Shown one piece after another: positions 23,853 through 31,999 of a stretch of DNA of 64,000 nucleotides. The notes beneath the pieces were generated by a model. It worked only from the letters and a program-made list of their open reading frames with translations, had not been told where the DNA came from and ran no database searches. Each line of letters opens with the position of its first letter. Position 1 is the stretch's first letter. A program made the position numbers and the translations under genes. Origin of the DNA: Acidobacteriota bacterium. GTDB taxonomy: Bacteria > Acidobacteriota > Vicinamibacteria > Vicinamibacterales > JAKQTR01. The stretch spans positions 39,311 through 103,310 of the forward strand of contig JAPKZO010000040.1 in NCBI GenBank assembly GCA_026393755.1, written 5' to 3'.

Positions 23853-25547
23853 TCACGCGCTCTTCCTTCTGAGCACCCACACGGAATTCGGACCAGGGGC
23901 TCGGCGCCTCGCCTCGGCGTCCCAGAAATACTCGGACGGCACCCCGGCAGAGCCGATCTCGATGATGCCAACGATGTCGTAGTGTGCCGGGGCATAGCGA
24001 TTGAACCACTCCCGGATGTCGGTCGGCGACTGGGGTGTGGCCAGCCACGACATCGAGACGTTGCAATACAACAGGTACTTGGGCCGTGCCGCCTCAATCT
24101 CGCTCATCATCTCGCGCTGCATCCGCACGTTGTCGGCCTGGGGTTCAACGAGCGGATAGACGTAGAGGTATCCTGTCGCCGATTGCCTTCCTGCGTACAC
24201 GAGAATCTCCGGCTCCGACCCGAGAATGGCGATGGTGTCTGCCGCCGTGGTGTCGCTGGCGATACGCGCCCCAATCGCTTTCGCCTCGACAAACGGGTTG
24301 CCCGCATAGATCTTCCTGCTCACCTCGTCTGGCGGGTCATCAACGTAATAGGCGCGGTCGTTGGCCATCGCGAAGATGCCCATCGCCGCAACCGCAACAA
24401 ACGGCAGCGCCCGGACGACCGAACCGCCACGAACCGACGGAACGAGCCGCGTGAAGAAGTCGAGCGCGATCGCGGCCAGAACGCCGACCGCAGGCAGCAG
24501 CAGAACGAAGTAGTGCTCCCTGAAGTTGAGGCCCGGCAGCACGGCGGCAACCGAGAAGACGGCGAGCGAGGTCACGAGGATCTTCTGGTGCAGCTCGTAC
24601 CTGGCCACCCACACGGCGGCGAGACCCGCCAGCGCCAGCAGCCACACGACCGGGTACTCCCTGAAGATCGGACCGAACGACAGGCGGAACAGCGCTGCCC
24701 CCACGTCCCACGGGGTTTCGGCCGATGCGTAGCTGGTGGCATAGGTGACGGTCCAGAACCAGAACCTGCCGAACGCGCCGTTGGCGGCCATCACGAGGAC
24801 AACGATGCCGTACGGAATCGCCGCGGCGACGACGTACGCCATCACGGCCATGAACATCTTCTTCCAGAGCCACGGGCGGACGGATGCGACGCGCACGAGC
24901 ACCATCAAGCCGCCGAACGCCACGAGGAACACCGCATGCTGCTTCATCAGGAACGCCAGACCGAACATCAACCCGGTAAGCGCGCCTTGCAGCCACGGCC
25001 TGCGCTCATTCCACCGCGAGTAGAACAGCAATCCAAGCAGCGCAAAGAAGTTGACGAAATGGGTCGCGTGGGCCGCGAAACCCAGCAGCGGGCTGCTCAC
25101 CGACAGCAGACCGTACACCGTGGCGGCCACCAGCGCGACCATCGGCGAGAACAGGCGCTTGAAGACGACGAACATCAGCGCGATCGTCGCCAGCGACAGC
25201 AGCATGAAACCCGCATGGACGCCCGCAGGCGAACTGCCAAAGACGGCCATGATCGCGGAGTACATCCCGTAGGTGCCGGGCAGCTTCATGTTGTACGCGT
25301 CGCGGTAGGGCAATCCGCCGTGCAGAATCAGGTTGCCCATGTACGCGTACTCGCCTTCGTCGCGCTCGAACGGCACCGCCAGGAGGCGCAGCCGAATCAC
25401 CGCGATGAGCACCAGCACGGCGGCGAGCGCCACGGTGTGGTAGTCGAATCGCGGAGTCGGGGCTGGCGTCGTGCCCTCGGCGGAAGGACGCGTGCCGTGT
25501 TTGCGATGGTGCGGCTTATGAATCGAGTTGGTCATCTGTTGCCGCAA
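23853..25547 (-). CDS. GT-C fold glycosyltransferase, family 39 / ArnT-PMT_2-like
   Basis: About 12 predicted TM helices. The first periplasmic loop carries PFERDEGEYAYMG, the acidic motif typical of ArnT/PMT-type enzymes. C-terminal soluble domain. The start is TTG 25547 or ATG 25535. Confidence 0.85.
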   Translation of the reverse strand: MRQQMTNSIHKPHHRKHGTRPSAEGTTPAPTPRFDYHTVALAAVLVLIAVIRLRLLAVPFERDEGEYAYMGNLILHGGLPYRDAYNMKLPGTYGMYSAIMAVFGSSPAGVHAGFMLLSLATIALMFVVFKRLFSPMVALVAATVYGLLSVSSPLLGFAAHATHFVNFFALLGLLFYSRWNERRPWLQGALTGLMFGLAFLMKQHAVFLVAFGGLMVLVRVASVRPWLWKKMFMAVMAYVVAAAIPYGIVVLVMAANGAFGRFWFWTVTYATSYASAETPWDVGAALFRLSFGPIFREYPVVWLLALAGLAAVWVARYELHQKILVTSLAVFSVAAVLPGLNFREHYFVLLLPAVGVLAAIALDFFTRLVPSVRGGSVVRALPFVAVAAMGIFAMANDRAYYVDDPPDEVSRKIYAGNPFVEAKAIGARIASDTTAADTIAILGSEPEILVYAGRQSATGYLYVYPLVEPQADNVRMQREMMSEIEAARPKYLLYCNVSMSWLATPQSPTDIREWFNRYAPAHYDIVGIIEIGSAGVPSEYFWDAEARRRAPGPNSVWVLRRKSA

Positions 25548-25618
25548 TCAGGAATCGCGACGCTAGCCATCTTCGAGCTCCATCTTACCGAATGAGCCAA
25601 GGATAAGGCGGAGCTTGA

Positions 25619-27367
25619 CTAGCGCCAGCCGGTCACGACGACGACCGGCAGATTTTCGAACGGGTTCACGCCGGACGGCGACGGCTTCATGACGACTCCC
25701 CCGCCCGTCGCGTGACTCGTAATGAAGTGCCCCGCGCGCATTCCCCAGACAATCGAATAAGGTTCGTCGAACCAGCCCCAGGGATTGTCTGGCGCAGGCC
25801 GGATCTCGGGCGGCGGCGTGCCGTCCAGCGGGATCCCGCCAACCAGCCAGACTCGATTGCCCCGCTGAAGAGTGGTCGCGATGCGCTGCAAGACGACATC
25901 AATCGGTCGCTCCTTCTGAATCTCCACCTTCAGCAAGTCGTACCGATGCAGAAAGTGATCCTCAAGTGGCGGAAGCGTGGTCCATGGAGCCGCACCGGTG
26001 TAGTAACGCGCGAAGGTCGCACCGCAGTACCACGGGTGGACAATGACGTAGTCGCCGAGCGATACCTCGCCGTTGAGCCGCGCGGCAATCATGTCGACAT
26101 TCGTCTGCCGCGTCTCGAGGGCAGGCAGCCCCCACACCAGCGCCGCTATGCCCGCCCAGGCGGCCAGCGCGGTCAGAGCCACCCGCGCCCATCGATGGGT
26201 CGTTGACAAGACCGCATCAAGGCAGACGGCCATAAATGCCATCAGCGTCGTGTAGTACCACGCCTGCGTGGGCAGGTCGGCCGTTTTGAGAAACCCGGCG
26301 AACATCCCCACGGCAACCACCATCGCGACGCCAGCAAACACGCTGAGGTCGCTGCTCTCCTTTTCCGCATATCCGAACGCGCGCCTGTACAGGCTCACAG
26401 TGGCCACGCCGACGGCAGCCGCCGACAGCGCCACCCACACCCAGTTGAACGCCGGCACCGGATAGCCTGTCGCCGATGACAGGTTCAGCCAGCCCCCGGC
26501 CCACTGAAACCCGGCCTTCTCGAGGGCATACCATTCCTGGGCGCGCCGGACGATGTCGAGGTAGGGAAGCAGCGACGCGGCCGCGAGCGCTCCGACACCA
26601 AGGGGCCAGAGCGTCTGGGCCCAGCGCCGACGGAGCAGGAATACGCTCGCGGCTCCGCAGCACGCGGCGAGCACGAAGATGGCATTCTGGTAGAGGCACT
26701 GCACGCTCAGGACCGCGACAGCCGCAGCCACGACGGCACTGGCTCGGGTCGGGCGCTCGACCAGACGCCACATGGCGGCCACGACCAGAATTGCCGACGT
26801 GGCGCCCAGCCCATACCCCCGAAATGAGTCGCCGACGGTAATGATGGTGGCGTTAATGCCCACGAGCGCGAGCAAGAGTACCGGCGGGCGCCGCCGCATC
26901 GCACCCGTGGCGACCCACAATGCCGCAAGTTGCAGCAGCCCGATCAGGAGCCCGAGCACGCGCAGGTGAAGATCCGAATACGCGAGTCCAAGCGACCACC
27001 ACGCCCGGATCGCCAGATGCACCATCGGCGTGCAGTGATCATACGGAAGCCAGCGCCAGACGTCGGAAAGTGACGGCCGCGTCGCGAGCCAGACGGTGCT
27101 GGCCTCATCTCTCCACAGCGCCCCGGCGTGCGTGAGAAAGAGGCCGTGCAAGGCGACCGCGAGGGCGGTCAACAGGCACGCCACCGTCCATTCGACAACG
27201 ACCAGGCGGCGTTCGCCGGCGGGATCCCCGGCGGCGTCTGCATTCATGACGCCGGTCGCCTGCCTCGCCTCTGGGGCCCGCCGGTTCCGAGGACTCCGCC
27301 GCGTCCGCAGCTCGTCGCGACTCGCGGAGGTCTGTCGATCGGCGCGTCCTCGGGTCTTCTTTGCCAT
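25619..27367 (-). CDS. polytopic membrane protein, probable GT-C glycosyltransferase
   Basis: Start set at ATG 27367, 8 nt after the GT9 stop (the ORF-track N-terminal 196 codons overlap the GT9 gene). Basic N-terminus, then many TM helices with LWRDEASTVW in the first loop. C-terminal soluble domain. The alternative start is 27247. Confidence 0.7.
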   Translation of the reverse strand: MAKKTRGRADRQTSASRDELRTRRSPRNRRAPEARQATGVMNADAAGDPAGERRLVVVEWTVACLLTALAVALHGLFLTHAGALWRDEASTVWLATRPSLSDVWRWLPYDHCTPMVHLAIRAWWSLGLAYSDLHLRVLGLLIGLLQLAALWVATGAMRRRPPVLLLALVGINATIITVGDSFRGYGLGATSAILVVAAMWRLVERPTRASAVVAAAVAVLSVQCLYQNAIFVLAACCGAASVFLLRRRWAQTLWPLGVGALAAASLLPYLDIVRRAQEWYALEKAGFQWAGGWLNLSSATGYPVPAFNWVWVALSAAAVGVATVSLYRRAFGYAEKESSDLSVFAGVAMVVAVGMFAGFLKTADLPTQAWYYTTLMAFMAVCLDAVLSTTHRWARVALTALAAWAGIAALVWGLPALETRQTNVDMIAARLNGEVSLGDYVIVHPWYCGATFARYYTGAAPWTTLPPLEDHFLHRYDLLKVEIQKERPIDVVLQRIATTLQRGNRVWLVGGIPLDGTPPPEIRPAPDNPWGWFDEPYSIVWGMRAGHFITSHATGGGVVMKPSPSGVNPFENLPVVVVTGWR

Positions 27368-27375
27368 CCTGTCGC

Positions 27376-28638
27376 TTACCCCTGGTCTGGTTCGGCCACA
27401 ACGGTGTCCCCGCCGGAGACTCGTGCCAGGTAGGCTGCCAGCGTCGCCTCGAACACCTCGTCCACGCTGATGCGCTGCATGCAGATGTTGTCGCGACATC
27501 GGGAGACGCGGTTGTTGAACGCGCTGACGCACGGGCTGCACACGGTTCCAGCCCACAGCACGTGGTTGCGGGGCGTGCGGGCCGCGAAGAGGGCTGGCGT
27601 CTCCGGGCCGAACAGCGTGACAACCTCGATCGAGGTCAGCGCCGCGAAGTGCGCCGGGCCGCTGTCGTTGGTCACCAGCACGCGCGACAGCGAGTAGAGA
27701 GCCAGCAGTTGGGGCAACGTGGTCTTGCCAGCCACCGACACGCAGCGTGGCGAGGCCACCGCCGCCGCCAATGCCTCCACGTCGTGCCTCTCCCCGGGCC
27801 CGCCGGTCAGAAGCACGTGAATCTCGGGAAGTGCGGCAAGCAGTCGTCTCGCCAGTTCGACGTAGCGTCCCGTATCCCATCGACGCAGCGGAAGCAGATC
27901 CCCGGTGTTCGCGTTGAGGAGGATGAGCGGCGGCTCCGCGGCCCCCCTCGTACACTCGCCCACCATGCGCCGCATCATCTCAACGTCAGCGTGTGAGATC
28001 CGGCGCGCTGGCGGCAGGAGTCGCGCCTCCGGGCGCGGCATGCTGCACGCGGGAAAGCGATCGGCCGGATGTGCGAGCGCCTCGACCATCACGAGGAAGA
28101 GGTCGCTCGTGTGGAGATACGGGTTGCACACGAGGCGGTGAGTCATCAGGTCACCCCGCCACGGCCCTTCACCGGCGAAGGAATGGAGTCCAACCCGAAC
28201 ACGGGCACCGCTCAGAAACGTGAGGATCGCTGACGCGCGGGCGAAGAACTCAAGATCGATCGCCGCGTCGATGTGGAGTGCCCGGAGCCGAGCGACGACA
28301 CGCCACACCGAGCGCGCGGCGCTGGGCAGGGAGTCCACATCGAGCGTGAGGACATTCCCGGCGGGGACGAGTTCCATCGCGTCGAGGATGAAGCGGTTCT
28401 CCTGGAACGCAAGGAAGAAGACATTCTCACGGCCAACCTGCTCGATGGCGCGGAGCAGCGCGCCGGCAGCCAGTACGGTCGATCCCTGTTCCGCGAGTTT
28501 GACGAACAGGATTCGTCGAATCGTGGCAATCGGTTCGGAACGCCGGAACACGAGCCTGTACAAGGTCAGGAACCCGCAGCCCGGCACGCCGATCCACCGA
28601 TCTACGGCTCTGAGCGTCGAAACCCGCATCAGGCACAC
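27376..28638 (-). CDS. glycosyltransferase family 9 (heptosyltransferase-like, GT-B)
   Basis: 420 aa. ILFVKLAEQGSTVL N-terminal pattern. C-terminal LVTNDSGPAHFAAL and GTVCSPCV are typical of GT9/ADP-heptose transferases. Confidence 0.85.
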   Translation of the reverse strand: MCLMRVSTLRAVDRWIGVPGCGFLTLYRLVFRRSEPIATIRRILFVKLAEQGSTVLAAGALLRAIEQVGRENVFFLAFQENRFILDAMELVPAGNVLTLDVDSLPSAARSVWRVVARLRALHIDAAIDLEFFARASAILTFLSGARVRVGLHSFAGEGPWRGDLMTHRLVCNPYLHTSDLFLVMVEALAHPADRFPACSMPRPEARLLPPARRISHADVEMMRRMVGECTRGAAEPPLILLNANTGDLLPLRRWDTGRYVELARRLLAALPEIHVLLTGGPGERHDVEALAAAVASPRCVSVAGKTTLPQLLALYSLSRVLVTNDSGPAHFAALTSIEVVTLFGPETPALFAARTPRNHVLWAGTVCSPCVSAFNNRVSRCRDNICMQRISVDEVFEATLAAYLARVSGGDTVVAEPDQG

Positions 28639-28815
28639 GCGCCTTTCTGTAATCGTCGTCAGCCACGCGGCAGGAGCCCGATAAGGCCAGCCGCACCCGC
28701 CATTCTAGTGCAATGAAGGAGACCCACAGCACGTGTGCCGGGCTCCGGCGTGACTGCCCAGCGCGCCGTGGTATTCTCTCAGGCCCGGGATGAAACCGCG
28801 TCACGCGCCATCGCC

Positions 28816-30513
28816 ATGAATCCTGTGTCGAAGGCTCTGTCGGTACTATCAGGGCCCACTCTGTGGCTGCTGCTGACGCTGGCGGCGCTGACGGCCTTCG
28901 TCTACGCACCGGTCCGCCACTTCGACTTCGTGCTCCTTGACGATCCCGCGTACGTCACCGAGAACCCTCACGTGGCGCGCGGGCTGACGCGGGAGGGAAT
29001 CGCCTGGGCGTTCACTACGGGCGACGCGGCCAACTGGCACCCGGTGACGTGGCTGTCGCACATGCTCGACGTCCAGTTGTTCGGCGTCGCCGCGGGGCCG
29101 CATCACCTCACCAACGTGGTCCTGCACATCGCAAACACCCTGCTGCTGTTCGGCGTGCTTCTCACGCTGACCGGCGCCATGTGGCGGAGCGCGTTTGTCG
29201 CGGCCCTGTTCGCCGTCCATCCATTGCATGTCGAATCGGTCGCATGGATTGCCGAGCGCAAGGACGTGCTGAGTACGCTCTTCTGGATGCTCACGCTGTG
29301 GGCCTACGTCCGGTACGTGCGCGCGCCGGGTTCCCCGGCGGGAACGGCAGGCCCTTCCGCCGCCAGTCGCTCCCGGCGCGGGTTCTACCTGCTCATGCTC
29401 GCCTTCTTCGCCCTGGGCCTGATGGCGAAGCCGATGCTGGTGACGCTCCCGTTCGTGCTGCTGCTGCTCGACGTCTGGCCGCTTGAGCGGCTGGCCGTGA
29501 CGGCATCGGACGCCGGGCGGGCGAAGGCGGGCGGCCACGCGTCGGGGCGCGCGGCCGCCGGGTCCTCCAGGGCGGGTGCCGCGAAGGGCCGCGCGAACCG
29601 CCGATTGGCAGGGGCCAGAACGCCCCGGAGATCCGGCCGGCTGCGGGCCGCATGGCCGCTCGTCCGGGAGAAACTCCCGCTGTTCGTCATGGCGGTCGCG
29701 TCGAGCGCCGTCACCTTCGTCGTCCAGCAGCGCGGCGGAGCGGTCAGCACGCTCGAGACGTATCCCTTCGGCTTGCGGCTGCAGAACGCGCTGGTGTCGA
29801 TGGTTGCCTACCTCCGCGATACGCTGTGGCCCGAGGGCTTGACCGTGCTGTATGCGTTCCCCGACGCTATCCCTGGATGGCAGTTGGCCGGCGCGCTCGT
29901 GGTTCTGGGCGGCATCTCCTGGCTGGTGTACGCCCTGGCCCGCCAGCATCCGTACCTGCCGGTGGGATGGCTCTGGTACCTGGGGACATTGATGCCGGTC
30001 GTGGGTCTGGTACAGGTCGGTGTGCAGGCGAGGGCAGATCGCTACACGTACGTGCCGCTCATCGGGATCTTTGTCATGGTCGCCTGGGGTTCCGCCGCGA
30101 TGCTCGAACGCCTGCGTGGCGGACGCCGTGTCGCGATTGTCGCGGCAGTGGTGGTGATTGCCGGCTGTTCGGTGACGACGCGGGCACAAGTCGCGTACTG
30201 GAAGGACAACGTCACGCTCTTCACGCGGGCAACGATGCTCAGCTTGCACATGGACGAATTCGAGGCGCACATGTGGGTGGGGACGGCGGTCGGTGGCCAG
30301 GGGCGGTTGGACGAAGCGATGCGTCACTTCGAGGCGGCCGCGCGCCTGCGGCCGCAGTCCGACGCGGCGCATTGCAGCCTGGGCGTTTCGTTGGCAAAGT
30401 CGGGACGCGCAGCAGACGCGATGCGCGAATTCAACGAGGCGCTGCGTCTGAATCCTGACAATCAGATCGCGCGCCGTGCCGTCGACGGACTGAACCGCCG
30501 CAATCAATTCTGA
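28816..30513 (+). CDS. TMTC-like GT-C glycosyltransferase with C-terminal TPR repeats
   Basis: Start set at ATG 28816 (MNPVSKAL). LLDDPAYVTENP in the first loop. AVHPLHVESVAWIAERKDVLSTLFWML is the DUF1736-type motif of TMTC/PMT_2 proteins. About 10 TM helices and a basic Ala/Gly/Arg-rich insertion. TPR units at the C-terminus. Confidence 0.85.
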   Translation: MNPVSKALSVLSGPTLWLLLTLAALTAFVYAPVRHFDFVLLDDPAYVTENPHVARGLTREGIAWAFTTGDAANWHPVTWLSHMLDVQLFGVAAGPHHLTNVVLHIANTLLLFGVLLTLTGAMWRSAFVAALFAVHPLHVESVAWIAERKDVLSTLFWMLTLWAYVRYVRAPGSPAGTAGPSAASRSRRGFYLLMLAFFALGLMAKPMLVTLPFVLLLLDVWPLERLAVTASDAGRAKAGGHASGRAAAGSSRAGAAKGRANRRLAGARTPRRSGRLRAAWPLVREKLPLFVMAVASSAVTFVVQQRGGAVSTLETYPFGLRLQNALVSMVAYLRDTLWPEGLTVLYAFPDAIPGWQLAGALVVLGGISWLVYALARQHPYLPVGWLWYLGTLMPVVGLVQVGVQARADRYTYVPLIGIFVMVAWGSAAMLERLRGGRRVAIVAAVVVIAGCSVTTRAQVAYWKDNVTLFTRATMLSLHMDEFEAHMWVGTAVGGQGRLDEAMRHFEAAARLRPQSDAAHCSLGVSLAKSGRAADAMREFNEALRLNPDNQIARRAVDGLNRRNQF

Positions 30514-30525
30514 CCGGGCTACGCG

Positions 30526-31290
30526 ATGATTAGGGAAAAGAAGCTGGTCGTCGTGATGCCCGCCTACAACGCGGCGCTCACGATTGAAAAGACCTGGCGA
30601 GAGGTGATCGCCCAGGAGATCGTCGATCTGGTGATCGTCGTGGACGACGCGAGTGGCGACGGCACGTTGTCGCTCGCACGCACCCTCGACAAGGTGCTGA
30701 CCCATGCGCACCCCAGCAATCGCGGCTACGGCGCCAATCAGAAGACCTGCTACCGCCTCGCCCTGGCTCAGGGAGCCGACATCGTCGTCATGGTGCATCC
30801 CGACTACCAGTACTCGCCCAAGCTGATTCCCGCGATGGCGAATCTGGTGGCCAGCGGCCTGTACTCGTGCGTGCTCGGCTCGCGCATCCTCGGCGGTGGA
30901 GCGCTCACCGGGGGCATGCCCGCGTGGCGCTATGTCGCGAACCGGCTGCTCACCTTGGCCGGCAACCTGCTGCTCGGCACCAAGGTGTCGGAGTTTCACA
31001 CGGGCTACCGCGCGTTCTCGCGGGAGTTTCTGGAGCACCTGCCGCTGGACGCCAACTCGGATGATTTCGTGTTCGACAACGAGGTGCTGGCCGAGGCGGC
31101 GTGGCTCGGGTACGCCATCGGCGAGGTCTCGTGTCCAACCCGCTACGCCCCGGACGCTTCGTCCATCACCTTCTGGCGCAGTGTGCGATACGGGTTTGGC
31201 TGTCTGGCGACCGCGTGTGTGTTCCGACTGGCCAAGTGGGGCCTGGTGCGGTCGGCGAGGTTTCCTTCGGCAGTCCACACCGGCGCCTGA
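30526..31290 (+). CDS. glycosyltransferase family 2 (polyprenyl-phosphate sugar synthase-like)
   Basis: VVVMPAYNAALTIEKT, VVVDDASGDGT, NRGYGANQK and VMVHPDYQY match the GT2 Dpm1/ArnC/GtrB-type layout. Confidence 0.85.
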   Translation: MIREKKLVVVMPAYNAALTIEKTWREVIAQEIVDLVIVVDDASGDGTLSLARTLDKVLTHAHPSNRGYGANQKTCYRLALAQGADIVVMVHPDYQYSPKLIPAMANLVASGLYSCVLGSRILGGGALTGGMPAWRYVANRLLTLAGNLLLGTKVSEFHTGYRAFSREFLEHLPLDANSDDFVFDNEVLAEAAWLGYAIGEVSCPTRYAPDASSITFWRSVRYGFGCLATACVFRLAKWGLVRSARFPSAVHTGA

Positions 31291-31359
31291 GAACCGCGCC
31301 TTTTACGCTTGCTGAGCACTGATGACCGATCCGATGAAGATCAGGGGCCGACGTCGGAG

Positions 31360-31875
31360 CTACTTCGCGGCTGACACCTGGATCGGCACGTTGAGGTCGG
31401 CCACCTGCGGCCGGATGCAGAGAACGCCGTTGCAGGCCTGCCAGGTCGCCCTGATGTGCGCGACATGCCTGCCCGGAGCGGTCGTCGCCGCCGCCGCCTT
31501 GAGAGGCACCTTGAAGCTGACGCTCTCGGTGTAGTACTCCGTCTCGGAGTCCTGTGCCTTGTCGAACCCTGTCTCCGGGGCCGGCGCCTCGATCTTGCCG
31601 CCGAGGGTGAACGGCTGGCCGTCTGGCACGGTGATGCGCGTGGGATCGGGCGGGGCCTGCTGGGTCAGCGAGTAGAGATGCCACCCGTCTTCGATGCGGG
31701 CCGTGATCTCGACGCGAACGCTCGCGCCAGCCTTCACCGACGCGTTGACCGACGTAACCGACCAGGTGATCGGCGCCTTCTGCCGGGCCATCACAGCCGG
31801 CTCGCCTGCCAGAGCCATCGCCGCCACTGTCAAGACCAGGACCAACATCCGCCGGGCGCGCATCGGGATCATCAT
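31360..31875 (-). CDS. DsbD N-terminal (alpha) domain-like periplasmic protein
   Basis: Signal peptide. GWHLYS and the C-terminal WQACNGVLCIRP cysteine pair resemble the thiol:disulfide interchange protein DsbD N-terminal domain family. Confidence 0.65.
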   Translation of the reverse strand: MMIPMRARRMLVLVLTVAAMALAGEPAVMARQKAPITWSVTSVNASVKAGASVRVEITARIEDGWHLYSLTQQAPPDPTRITVPDGQPFTLGGKIEAPAPETGFDKAQDSETEYYTESVSFKVPLKAAAATTAPGRHVAHIRATWQACNGVLCIRPQVADLNVPIQVSAAK

Positions 31876-31937
31876 AGGTTCTCCGACTCTATCCGCCAGC
31901 GGCGGGCCCTGTCAAAAGGGCGACAGCCCGGATGGGC

Positions 31938-31994
31938 AATTACTCCCGGAGTAATTGTTCCCGAACGTTCGGTAACAATCACTCCGGGAGTGAT
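31938..31994. repeat. palindromic repeat cluster C (composite 57-bp palindrome)
   Basis: AATTACTCC-C-GGAGTAATT (31938-31956, perfect). Inner perfect palindrome CCGAACGTTCGG (31961-31972). AATCACTCC-G-GGAGTGAT (31977-31994) is in inverted orientation. The cluster ends 5 nt before the stop of the gene at 32000. Confidence 0.95.
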
Positions 31995-31999
31995 CATTT

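Noticed and set aside
23982-25595. 537-aa ORF on the plus strand (likewise 18119-19354 minus, 7222-8160 plus, 10728-11834 plus, 12341-13513 plus, 14143-15471 plus, 49594-50592 plus, 51735-52940 minus, 58205-59149 minus)
   Set aside because: All are antisense to genes with recognisable domains. All have Arg/Pro/Gly/His-heavy translations with no TM or motif logic.
27368-27955. N-terminal 196 codons of ORF 25619-27955
   Set aside because: They overlap the GT9 gene (clear C-terminal GT9 motifs on that frame) and are Arg/Gly-rich. ATG 27367 sits just after the GT9 stop.
28708-28725. Sigma-54-like motif on the minus strand (GGGTCTCCTTCATTGCAC) upstream of the GT9 operon
   Set aside because: The GG-to-GC spacing is one nucleotide too long for either choice of GG, and sigma-54 promoters rarely tolerate this.
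28849-31278. 809-aa ORF on the minus strand
   Set aside because: It is antisense to the TMTC-like and GT2 genes, which carry clear family motifs. The product is dominated by Arg, Gly, Pro and His runs.
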